From Candidatus Heimdallarchaeota archaeon (GTDB lineage: Archaea; Asgardarchaeota; Heimdallarchaeia; Heimdallarchaeales; Heimdallarchaeaceae), in NCBI GenBank assembly GCA_030668875.1, contig DAOVER010000009.1:1-32000 (forward strand): DNA of 32,000 nucleotides. The letters run 5' to 3'. This document shows positions 1-8,463 of this stretch, one piece after another. Positions within the stretch are counted from its first letter, which is position 1. Each line of letters opens with the position of its first letter. Under the pieces are notes generated by a model. That model saw only the letters and a program-made list of their open reading frames with translations. It was not told where the DNA came from and ran no database searches. The translations under genes and the position numbers were made by a program.

Positions 1-225
1 AGGATCCATCGTTTATTCAAGCGATTACAAAAACAAGAAGAGAAGAATGTTGCATTAGTCAGTCATGGAGCTGTGATTAACTTAATATTTGTTTATTTGA
101 CACGAACCGACCCTTCTCAATTCTATAGCTTTTTCGTCAAACCTTGTTCCATTACACATATACAATTGAAACCTGATGGAACATACAAAATGGAAGGATT
201 TAATGAGACTAAACATTTATCTTAA
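1..225 (+). CDS. Histidine phosphatase (phosphoglycerate mutase-like) family protein, 3' part only (runs off window start)
   Basis: Not in the ORF track. Frame 1 translated by hand gives RIHRLFKRLQKQEEKNVALVSHGAVINLIFVYLTRTDPSQFYSFFVKPCSITHIQLKPDGTYKMEGFNETKHLS*, with the typical 'LVSHG' second-His motif and a 'CSIT...FNxxxHL' C-terminus. Confidence 0.8.
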   Translation, partial: RIHRLFKRLQKQEEKNVALVSHGAVINLIFVYLTRTDPSQFYSFFVKPCSITHIQLKPDGTYKMEGFNETKHLS

Positions 226-318
226 AGGAGTTCAATCAATTCTTGATTTAATTTCCTTTACAGCTATTTTTGCAAGAAGGGAAATTCTTAATATATCATG
301 TGCTTTTTCTGTTTCCGT

Positions 319-750
319 ATGTCAAATATAACTAATGAAGTAGCCCAGTACTGGAACCAGGAGAGCAATTGTGCCCAAGCAGTAGCATGTGGAGTTCTTG
401 AATTCTATAAGCAAAATGATTGCATAGAAACAGTTCACAATGCAATGCTTGGCTTTGGAGGAGGCATGGGAGAAAGATCCATATGTGGTGCGGTCACCGG
501 GGGGTTAGCAGTTTTAGGTATACTGATGAGTAAAAAGGATTTAGAGAAAGACGATAAATCAGCTGTTTTTCGCAAATTTAAAGACTCTTTCAATAACAAA
601 TTTAAGACCTCGAATTGTGGAGAGATTTTAGCTGAATTCATTCTACCCGATGGTTCAGTTGATAAAGAAAACCCAGAAAGAAGATTGACATGCACTGGGG
701 CAGTTGAATTAGCTGCTTCAATTGTGAAAGACGTTCTTGATGAATTATGA
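319..750 (+). CDS. C_GCAxxG_C_C family putative redox protein
   Basis: Motifs CAQAV, FGGGMG..SICGAVTG, C (TSNCGE) and C (LTCTGAV). ATG at 319 (MSNIT) is preferred over the track start at 298. Confidence 0.85.
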   Translation: MSNITNEVAQYWNQESNCAQAVACGVLEFYKQNDCIETVHNAMLGFGGGMGERSICGAVTGGLAVLGILMSKKDLEKDDKSAVFRKFKDSFNNKFKTSNCGEILAEFILPDGSVDKENPERRLTCTGAVELAASIVKDVLDEL

Positions 751-1890
751 ATTTTTCATAGAGCTTATTTTACTCTCTATAACGCTTTTTAATTCATCAA
801 AATTAGAGATGTTGTAACTAGATGATTTATCTTTCAAATACGAATCTATTTTTTCTTCAAATATCTCAATTGCATTTGTCATTTCGTCTAAATCTCCTCG
901 CGTTATTATTGGACTAAAATCTGGTAACTCTTGCATTTTGTAATCTTTCTCTATAATAGAATACGGCACATAAATCTCCCTTTTATCAATTGTCCCCTCC
1001 AAAAATGCAATCATTTTAGCGACCATTAGCTGTAACTCTGAAGCTTCATAAGAGAGTGAAAGAAGATTACGATTTTTGCACGAGGAACGCATTTTGTTGA
1101 GATATTCAACAATCCCAATGTGCTCTTCATCAACATTTATTTTTTCTCTTTCTGGTTTGAGAATCTCTTCTGTTTTCTTTTTGATCATCATTTTAATTTC
1201 TTCATCTAAATCCAATATAATATTCAGTGCTTGAGAAAGATCATCAGTTTGGACTAGACAATTTACCTTCGATTCGAAGTCTTTAGGTAAAAACTTTAGA
1301 GAACATGCTTCATTTAAATTTCTTCCCCAATTGTATTTATAGTAAGTGTTATTTAAACGAGCAAGAGCAGTAATCATATGAAAAACTGTATGCCAAATGC
1401 TCATTCTAGCATTTAGTAAATCACCCTTCCTTTGAGCTTTCATGATATTCTGAAAACCATCAGAAAGATTGTAATGTTTTTCTATTAATCTCAAATTCTC
1501 TTCTTCATCAGCAATAATTTTTCGAACATTTTCCTGTAAATCCCTAAATCTCGCTAATGTTTTGTCATCTCTATAGTAAATGACATCGCAATCTAGTATT
1601 CCTCCAATTGGAAACAAGAAATAACTATTCTTAATAGACTCTATATTTTCTTCTTGTTGACTCCAGACGCTCTCCCAACAGTCTACTCCAATATTCTTAT
1701 ACCTAAAATTCCAGGGTAGGGAGGTAATACCTGAATATCTTTTTTCTGCATCTACAAGGACAAACACGTCAACATCAGAAAATTCATTGAAAGTCCCTCT
1801 TGCGTATGAACCATAAACTACAATCAAATCTATATGCTCTTTATATTCTTCAAGTAATTTCTCCTTGAAGTATGATATTAATTCATGCAT
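745..1890 (-). CDS. Pol-beta superfamily nucleotidyltransferase with C-terminal helical domains (kanamycin nucleotidyltransferase-like)
   Basis: VYGSYARG-x5-SDVD motif near the N-terminus, followed by about 270 aa predicted to be helical. Substrate cannot be assigned. Confidence 0.8.
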   Translation of the reverse strand: MHELISYFKEKLLEEYKEHIDLIVVYGSYARGTFNEFSDVDVFVLVDAEKRYSGITSLPWNFRYKNIGVDCWESVWSQQEENIESIKNSYFLFPIGGILDCDVIYYRDDKTLARFRDLQENVRKIIADEEENLRLIEKHYNLSDGFQNIMKAQRKGDLLNARMSIWHTVFHMITALARLNNTYYKYNWGRNLNEACSLKFLPKDFESKVNCLVQTDDLSQALNIILDLDEEIKMMIKKKTEEILKPEREKINVDEEHIGIVEYLNKMRSSCKNRNLLSLSYEASELQLMVAKMIAFLEGTIDKREIYVPYSIIEKDYKMQELPDFSPIITRGDLDEMTNAIEIFEEKIDSYLKDKSSSYNISNFDELKSVIESKISSMKNS

Positions 1891-1966
1891 TACATGATAT
1901 CCAACTGTAATTTATATAAAATTGTCTTACGAAAACAGGATTTTAAAAAAAGAAAGAAAAAGGGAA

Positions 1967-3127
1967 TTATGTTTCAATAACTGTTATACTTCCAGTATCT
2001 GTAATCAACTCGAAATCGTAGAGATTTCCTGCTGTACCATAGTTTGAAGAGGAGTAGCCATTTTCATTTCCGAGTATATCTACACTTCCAGTACTTGTTG
2101 AACCATAAAACTGATATCCAATTGTAGCATTAAAGAAGAAATCAACTGTTATACTTCCAGTAGATGTATCCACATCGAAAAATGCTAAGAATTGGAATGG
2201 GTAAACGATGTTTTGCGATATTACCATATTAATTGATCCTGTATTTGTATTAATATCCCATGTCATGTTATCAATAGATATTAGATCAATAAACCTGAAA
2301 TCAACGCTACCTGTTTTTGTATCAATTAACGCATAAGAATCATTTAAAGCTGTTCTTACACCTAAGTCAACATCTATTCGTCCAGTGTCTGTTATAAGGT
2401 TTAAACCGTTCAATGTTGAATTGACAGAGTTTCTCATATCAAGATCAATACTTCCGGTATCAGACTGTAAATCAATACTTGCTATAACTAAACTGTCAAT
2501 GGCTTCAGTCGATAGGGATACACTTCCGGTACTTGCTTCAACGAAAATGTCAGCAGTTACTGCGGGGTTGATATAAACGGAGATATCGTATGTAAACACC
2601 TTTTTATCCCAGAAGAAGAAATCAAAATCTCCTGAATAAAAGCTTATTTCCATCGTATCATTATTTAGATACGTAGTCGTAAAGTTCATCGCATCCAATA
2701 GAGATGAATCGTCTCTACCATATACTTCAACTATAGCCTCAAATGGTTTTGTCAGTGTGTTATCATAGAAAATTTCAATTGAACCAACTTTGTTATTTAT
2801 AGTAAGATTCAGATTAGTATATTCCATTGATGTTTCATCATAGCTGTATGTACCAATGTGTTGATAATTAATAACACCAAGAATGCTAAAAAGAATTATT
2901 GGAGTTATTATGACAACTATTATACCCACAGATAATCCTAGAATGACTTTTCGGCGTCGTTTAGGTTTTCCATTATCATATTCCACCTTTGGTTGGGAAG
3001 GAGTTTTTGATTCAATAGGCATAGCAGTAAGAACACCTTTAACCAGCTCGATTTTTGAACCACATTTGTGGCAAAAATCTGCTTTATCGGCTAGTTGAGA
3101 TCCACATTTTGTGCAAAATTCTGTAAT
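1967..3127 (-). CDS. Zinc-ribbon + single TM + DUF4097-type beta-repeat membrane protein
   Basis: The track ORF (1967..3022) has a TM helix (VILGLSVGIIVVIITPIILFSILGVI) and about 8 'xxTGS[IV]' repeats. The open frame continues 35 codons upstream: ITEFCTKCGSQLADKADFCHKCGSKIELVKGVLTA, a CxxC-x10-CxxC Zn ribbon. It starts at ATT 3127, preceded by an AGGTG SD. The start position is inferred. Confidence 0.8.
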   Translation of the reverse strand: MTEFCTKCGSQLADKADFCHKCGSKIELVKGVLTAMPIESKTPSQPKVEYDNGKPKRRRKVILGLSVGIIVVIITPIILFSILGVINYQHIGTYSYDETSMEYTNLNLTINNKVGSIEIFYDNTLTKPFEAIVEVYGRDDSSLLDAMNFTTTYLNNDTMEISFYSGDFDFFFWDKKVFTYDISVYINPAVTADIFVEASTGSVSLSTEAIDSLVIASIDLQSDTGSIDLDMRNSVNSTLNGLNLITDTGRIDVDLGVRTALNDSYALIDTKTGSVDFRFIDLISIDNMTWDINTNTGSINMVISQNIVYPFQFLAFFDVDTSTGSITVDFFFNATIGYQFYGSTSTGSVDILGNENGYSSSNYGTAGNLYDFELITDTGSITVIET

Positions 3128-3233
3128 TTTTTTTCACCTTATTTTATTTAATTACTGTTAAAGTAGAACAGCTAACCGATAGTTATAAAACTATGCAATT
3201 AAAGAATTATCGAAATTGGTTTCTAAACTATGC

Positions 3234-3500
3234 TTAGATTGATAGAATATACTTAACTTCATCCTGACGAGCAAGGATTTGTTCCCGCCTATGCAATATG
3301 TCATTTGAAATTGAGTGATGCCCTTCTGAAAAGAGTCTTGTTGCTAGTTTCTGAAATTCTCTAGCTTGAGTTTCTAATTCTCTTAATTCTAAATCATATC
3401 GTGTGAAATGTCCGGGAAAACTACTAGGTTTTTGCTTTACATCAATCTCTGATGTAAAGAAATATTTCTGCTTTACTTTGTTTAAAGCTAATACGGACAT
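3234..3500 (-). CDS. Hypothetical small protein with predicted C-terminal coiled coil
   Basis: 88-aa ORF from ATG 3500 (track start TTG 3515). It is co-oriented with its neighbours and fills the gap. No family recognised. Confidence 0.55.
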   Translation of the reverse strand: MSVLALNKVKQKYFFTSEIDVKQKPSSFPGHFTRYDLELRELETQAREFQKLATRLFSEGHHSISNDILHRREQILARQDEVKYILSI

Positions 3501-3583
3501 TTCAAGCCTACCCAACTTCAGACCTTTAATAAACTTTCTAATACACTAAAATAGCTTTTACGAGCTTTTGAGAAGTAAGTTTT

Positions 3584-4339
3584 TTACTCTCTTCGCTTAT
3601 TTTGTATCCATACATCTTTGTTATAAACGCTAGTTCTGAGTTTATCCGCTAACACTTTCTCAGAATTCGAAAGGAAGCTTTGTTCAAATTTCACATCAAT
3701 TTTCTCTTCTAACTTTCGGGTTATAGTTTTCTTCAATGCTCGCAGATTCTTGATTGGCAGATTTATTGATGGAAAATACCTACTTTCACTCTTATCTGTA
3801 GATTCAGCTGTTTTTGATAAGAGACTACTCTCTATATGTGTGAGATTAGAATCAAAGAGTAGAGTAGCATGGTGCAAGTACCATCCTTTTTTCAAATAAC
3901 CAGCAGATCCAGAAACTTTCTTGCCTTGGTATAAAATATTAGAAGAACCTTCTTTCTCTATATTTGTAAAACCAAGATCAACTAAAGAATCAATAATCAG
4001 TTTGGTGAAAAACCCACTAAGCTGATCAGTGTCATCTAAATCTGGAAAGTTGCTCCGATTAATGAAGAAGCTAATGTTAAGATTTCCACCATCATGAAAA
4101 ACAGCCTCTCCACCAGACATTCTTCGTCCAATTTCAATGTTATTTAGTAAACAGTATGTATTATCAACTTCTTGACTCAGATTCTGCCCCCTTCCTACAA
4201 CAACTGACTTAGGATTTTGCCAGAAACGAACAGTCATTTGATAATTAGAAATTGGAAGATTAGAAAAGATAGCTTCTTCTAGAGCTAAGTTATAATGTAA
4301 ATCGTCAAAGGTTGCTTCTAGTACTCTTCCCTTTATCAT
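3584..4339 (-). CDS. lplA: Lipoate-protein ligase A family (catalytic domain only)
   Basis: NLALEEAI, VVVGRGQN, RRMSGGEAVFHDGGNLN, KKVSGSA and HHATLL motifs. No C-terminal accessory domain. Confidence 0.88.
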   Translation of the reverse strand: MIKGRVLEATFDDLHYNLALEEAIFSNLPISNYQMTVRFWQNPKSVVVGRGQNLSQEVDNTYCLLNNIEIGRRMSGGEAVFHDGGNLNISFFINRSNFPDLDDTDQLSGFFTKLIIDSLVDLGFTNIEKEGSSNILYQGKKVSGSAGYLKKGWYLHHATLLFDSNLTHIESSLLSKTAESTDKSESRYFPSINLPIKNLRALKKTITRKLEEKIDVKFEQSFLSNSEKVLADKLRTSVYNKDVWIQNKRRE

Positions 4340-4995
4340 GGGCGAAGTCTTTCCTTAATTCGTTCTAAGGTTTTTTGCTCAATTCCACAACTTACCAAAT
4401 ATTTCTCTATGCCACCATGATCTTCAATTTGTTCTATTAGGAATTCCATATCTCCAGCCTGAGTAAACTCATCTGTAGCAAGATAGTCTTGAATGATATT
4501 TTCCTCAGGAGCATTGAGTAGGAGGAGAAGTATTGCCGAAGATATTCCTGTTCTATCTCTACCTGCATGGCAATGCATAACAAAATTCATATTTTCAGGT
4601 CTAGAAATAACATTGATTAATCTTCGAATTTGGGGTTTGTTACGAAATAGTGAGTACCATACAAATTGTTTGTAGAAAGGCAAGGTATCTACGCCTGCTT
4701 GCACTAAAACTTCGGGAGGCATTGAGATATCGTAATGGACCCAGAAATAGTTGAAATTGTGAAGAAAAGTGTCATTGTAAGAAGCATAACCAATTTCTAC
4801 CGCAGAACGAAGATCAATTATGCTATTTATTCCAATTCCTTTAAGGTTTAATAGAAGTTCAGGAGATTGATGGGGAATCGGCGTTGCGGAACGATAAATG
4901 ATGTTTGGCTTGATATAAGTTTGATTAAATTGAGCCACATCTCTAAAGTTACCTATAGTGTTCTGAACACTCTCTAGAGCTAATTTGAAATCCAC
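4336..4995 (-). CDS. Cys-dependent tyrosine/dual-specificity phosphatase (Y_phosphatase3, MptpB/LipA-like)
   Basis: GNFRDV, IYRSA, IIDLRS, the HCHAGRDRTG CX5R loop and IIQDY motifs. GTG start after GAGG. Its TGA overlaps the lplA ATG (ATGA). Confidence 0.9.
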   Translation of the reverse strand: MDFKLALESVQNTIGNFRDVAQFNQTYIKPNIIYRSATPIPHQSPELLLNLKGIGINSIIDLRSAVEIGYASYNDTFLHNFNYFWVHYDISMPPEVLVQAGVDTLPFYKQFVWYSLFRNKPQIRRLINVISRPENMNFVMHCHAGRDRTGISSAILLLLLNAPEENIIQDYLATDEFTQAGDMEFLIEQIEDHGGIEKYLVSCGIEQKTLERIKERLRP

Positions 4996-5140
4996 AATAT
5001 TTTCCTCAATTCATCTCTTTACCAGATAATAATATCATTGTCCTATTTCAAGTTTTCATAATACTCTAGTAATAGGATAATAATACGTACAATACATTTT
5101 CAATATGAGTATAAAAGTCATATTTTCTTTTTGTTCCTTA

Positions 5141-5157
5141 CTATATATAATATATAG
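5141..5157. promoter_or_regulatory. Perfect inverted repeat CTATATAT-A-ATATATAG in the phosphatase/pstS divergent intergenic region (TATA boxes and/or operator)
   Basis: 8-bp arms with a 1-nt spacer seen directly, about 60 nt upstream of pstS. Function is inferred. Confidence 0.4.
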
Positions 5158-5219
5158 AGAAGAATTCAGAGCATAGAATATGTCGATAATGGTTAAGTAA
5201 AAACGTAGACCATGACATC

Positions 5220-6194
5220 ATGATGCTAATGAAAAAAAAAGCAACAATATTCGGAATACTTGTTCTAGGTATTTTAGTAGTAAGCAATTTTGCTTTTGCT
5301 GCAGAAACCCTAGTAATTGAAGGATCAAACACTGTTTATCCTATAGCCAACTTAGCTTCAGCTAGGTTCCAAGAAATAAATTCAGATATAACTGTAACAG
5401 TAGGTGGTGCAGGTTCTGGAGCAGGAATTGCTACATTAATCAACGGTCAATGTGATATAGCAGATGCTTCCCGTTATCCCAAAGAATCTGAAATCACTGA
5501 ATCAAATTCTAGTGGTGTTGTGTTAAGAGTCCATACAATAGCTAAAGATGGTATTGTTATAATTATTCACCCCGATAATCCAATTAACGAACTTACAAAA
5601 CAACAGATCACAGACATCTACAATGGAACAATTACTACATGGTCAACTTTAGGAATCACACTTGCTTTAGATGGAATTAAGGTTCTTGAAAGAGATGAAA
5701 GTTCAGGAACTCATGATTATTTCAACGAATTCTTTCTAGCAAAACAAGAAGTAAACGCAAGCAACCTATATGCATATGGTCAATATGCTTCAACTAGTCA
5801 ATTGTTTGAAGTTGTAGCAACTGAAGTTAATGCAATTGGTTATGGTGGCCTTGGTTATGTTGATGAAACCATCAAAGCAGTTTCTGTAGATGATGGTTCT
5901 GGAGCAGTAGCACCAAGCGTAACAACAGTTAGAGATGATTCATATCCTGTTAGTAGACCTCTTTACATGATTACTGATGGAGAACCAGCTGGTCTAGCAA
6001 AGGAATTCATTGACTTCATTATGTCTTATGAAGGTCAATCAATTGTATATTACACTGGATACATTCCAGTTGGAGAATATACAGAGGATTATGACCCAAC
6101 TGAAGGATTATCCACCTCCTTTGGATTTATTGCTATACCTCTAGCTATTGGTATAACTGCTCTAGCTATACATAGAAGAAAGAAAGGAAACTAG
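5220..6194 (+). CDS. pstS: Phosphate ABC transporter substrate-binding protein with signal peptide and C-terminal membrane anchor
   Basis: IEGSNTVYP, GGAGSGAGI, DIADASR, RDESSGTHDYF, AIGYGGLGY and YPVSRPLY motifs. N-terminal signal peptide and C-terminal FGFIAIPLAIGITALAIHRRKKGN. Confidence 0.95.
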   Translation: MMLMKKKATIFGILVLGILVVSNFAFAAETLVIEGSNTVYPIANLASARFQEINSDITVTVGGAGSGAGIATLINGQCDIADASRYPKESEITESNSSGVVLRVHTIAKDGIVIIIHPDNPINELTKQQITDIYNGTITTWSTLGITLALDGIKVLERDESSGTHDYFNEFFLAKQEVNASNLYAYGQYASTSQLFEVVATEVNAIGYGGLGYVDETIKAVSVDDGSGAVAPSVTTVRDDSYPVSRPLYMITDGEPAGLAKEFIDFIMSYEGQSIVYYTGYIPVGEYTEDYDPTEGLSTSFGFIAIPLAIGITALAIHRRKKGN

Positions 6195-6204
6195 AGAGAA
6201 TTTA

Positions 6205-6221
6205 CTCTTTCTCTTTTTTTT
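6205..6221 (+). terminator. Pyrimidine/oligo-T tract after pstS (archaeal-type intrinsic terminator)
   Basis: CTCTTTCTCTTTTTTTT lies 11 nt after the pstS stop. Similar tracts follow the stops at 1967, 11236, 13187, 19487 and 27130 on their coding strands. Confidence 0.5.
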
Positions 6222-6273
6222 ATAAATTCAAGTTACTATATCAAAGCTACTTCACTAGAAGAGATGTATAACC

Positions 6274-8451
6274 ATGCAGATACGAAAAAGGAAAAAAAAT
6301 GACACAGAGCACAATGAAGATACTATACAATTGAATGATGTGGATGATTTCAAGGAATTAACATCAAAACATTCAGATTCAAAATCTTTAAAGCTAAGAA
6401 GAGGAATGAATAGTGGAGTGAAATATTTTCTTGCTGTAATGGCAATTTTCGCAAGTTTATTGACATTATTTATCACTTTATATTTAATCATTGAAGCTTT
6501 ACCAGTCATGTCAAGTTTTGTGCAGATTGGAGAGCTTTTATTTGATAATGAATGGAATCCAAAGAATGAACAATTTGGAGCATTTAATTTATTATTAAGT
6601 TCACTTATCGTAACATTTTATGCAATAATAATAGCAGTACCCTTTGGGATTGGGATTGGAATACTAATGGCTGAATTTCTTCCTCAAAAAGCAAGACGTT
6701 TTATTAAACCGATGATTGAAATCATCTCAGCTATACCTTCTGTCATTATGGGTCTAATTGCTTTCCGTTATCTTGCCATTCTTATTCAGCAAACATCTTT
6801 TGCTCTAGGAATGCAAGAACTTCTAAGTTCAGGAAGAGTAGCAATAACCGCATCAATTACTCTAGCTTTTATGACAGTGCCTATGATAGCTAGTTTAACT
6901 GATGATGCACTACGCACTGTTCCAAAAAACCTGAAGAACGCTTCTCTTGCAATGGGAAGCAGTAAATGGGAATCAGTATCCAAGGTTTCTGTCCCATATA
7001 TTAAATCATCAATTATATCAGCTGTAATTCTTGCATTTGGTAGAGTGATCGGTGAAACAATGGTTGTTTTAATGGTTGTTTCTAACAACCCTGCACTCAA
7101 TAAGGGTTGGTTTAATCCATTCCAAGAGATTTATGCACTCCCTTCCGCGATCGCAGGAGAAATTGGTGATATTGTTATTGGTGATGCTCAGTGGAGTGCT
7201 CTATTTTTCCTTGGTTTGGAATTATTAGTAGTTTCGTTCATTATTACCACTATTGGAAGAAACATTGCACAAGGTAAAATCTCTTTCAAATTTTTACGTA
7301 GAATGTTTAAGAAAGAATGTTGGCAACTTAAGGAAACAGAATTTACTATCGGAGATAATGCTTTCAAAATATTTCTACTAAGGTTAAGAAAAGTGTTGAC
7401 GGGTAGAGTTCCAAAAACTACTGACAAAAAGAGTCGTAACGAGCCTTCAGATACACAAGAGCAAGAAACAAGAGCAAAGGTTGAAGTTCCAGATAAGAGG
7501 GTTAATAACAATGAAGAATTAGTGCAAGAGAAAAATCAACTAAAAGAATTCTATTCCAATTTCAAAAAAGACAGTTCTTCAAGAAAATTATCAAGAGAAC
7601 GAATTTTCAAGATAGTATTTTATGGATTACTTTTTGTAATTTTAGGCGTTTTAATAACAGTATTTATCATTGTAAGTTACAATGGGGTTAGAGATTTATG
7701 GCCTATTGATTTTATTCAGGGTCCTACATATTCCTATATGCAAGCTGGTCATTATGGTTACTTGAAACCAACCCTTGGAACTATTATTGTTGTTGGCACT
7801 GCCGCATTAGTAGGATTACCAATCTCAACATCTGCTGGAATTTACCTACACTTCTACATAAGACCCACAAATAGAATAGGTAATGTGATAAGAAATGCAA
7901 TTCAAAACATCTCAACTGTCCCAAGTGTGGTTGTAGGCCTCTTTGGATGGGGGATTTTTGTTAATCTTTTTGGATGGGGAAAAAGTGTATTAGCTGGAGG
8001 TTTCACATTAATGATTATGATGATACCAATAGCTACTTCAACAACTATTGAAGCTGTTAAGCAAGTACCATTAACGATTAGACATAACGCGCTAGCTTTG
8101 GGATCAACTAAGTGGGAAAGTATTAAAGATCACAATCTCCGTTACTCGTTTACATCAATTATTACAGGGTATCTGTTTTCGATATCTAGAGTTATAGGCG
8201 AAACTGCACCAATTATCCTAACAGTAGCAGCTTCAGTATATTCACCAAGTATTTTCCCAGACAGCCTAGTTAACACTGGTGTCTCCATGTTACCATTTGA
8301 CATCTATATTTTAGGCTTATTTACAGACAAATTATATCCAAACAGTTTTAGTTGGGCAATGACATGTGCTTTGATTTTATTACTACTTGCTGTAGGTTTG
8401 TTTATTCTAGGACAAATTCTCAGATCAAAGTTTCAAGTAAAATATGAATAA
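6274..8451 (+). CDS. pstCA: Fused phosphate ABC permease PstC-PstA
   Basis: PstC half: IEIISAIPSVIMG, SLAMGSSKWE, GRVIGETMVV. Then a charged linker of about 110 aa. PstA half: TVPSVVVGLFG, ALALGSTKWE, SRVIGETAPI. One uninterrupted 725-aa frame. Confidence 0.93.
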   Translation: MQIRKRKKNDTEHNEDTIQLNDVDDFKELTSKHSDSKSLKLRRGMNSGVKYFLAVMAIFASLLTLFITLYLIIEALPVMSSFVQIGELLFDNEWNPKNEQFGAFNLLLSSLIVTFYAIIIAVPFGIGIGILMAEFLPQKARRFIKPMIEIISAIPSVIMGLIAFRYLAILIQQTSFALGMQELLSSGRVAITASITLAFMTVPMIASLTDDALRTVPKNLKNASLAMGSSKWESVSKVSVPYIKSSIISAVILAFGRVIGETMVVLMVVSNNPALNKGWFNPFQEIYALPSAIAGEIGDIVIGDAQWSALFFLGLELLVVSFIITTIGRNIAQGKISFKFLRRMFKKECWQLKETEFTIGDNAFKIFLLRLRKVLTGRVPKTTDKKSRNEPSDTQEQETRAKVEVPDKRVNNNEELVQEKNQLKEFYSNFKKDSSSRKLSRERIFKIVFYGLLFVILGVLITVFIIVSYNGVRDLWPIDFIQGPTYSYMQAGHYGYLKPTLGTIIVVGTAALVGLPISTSAGIYLHFYIRPTNRIGNVIRNAIQNISTVPSVVVGLFGWGIFVNLFGWGKSVLAGGFTLMIMMIPIATSTTIEAVKQVPLTIRHNALALGSTKWESIKDHNLRYSFTSIITGYLFSISRVIGETAPIILTVAASVYSPSIFPDSLVNTGVSMLPFDIYILGLFTDKLYPNSFSWAMTCALILLLLAVGLFILGQILRSKFQVKYE

Positions 8452-8463
8452 AGAGGAATTATA

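Noticed and set aside
250-286. Imperfect inverted repeat AATTTCCTTT / AAGGGAAATT between the phosphatase and C_GCAxxG genes
   Set aside because: One mismatch in 10 bp of AT-rich sequence and a single occurrence. It could be a terminator or operator but is not distinguishable from chance.
745-750. Interlocked stop codons of two convergent genes (TTATGA)
   Set aside because: Short 3' overlaps are common in compact AT-rich genomes, so no special function is implied.
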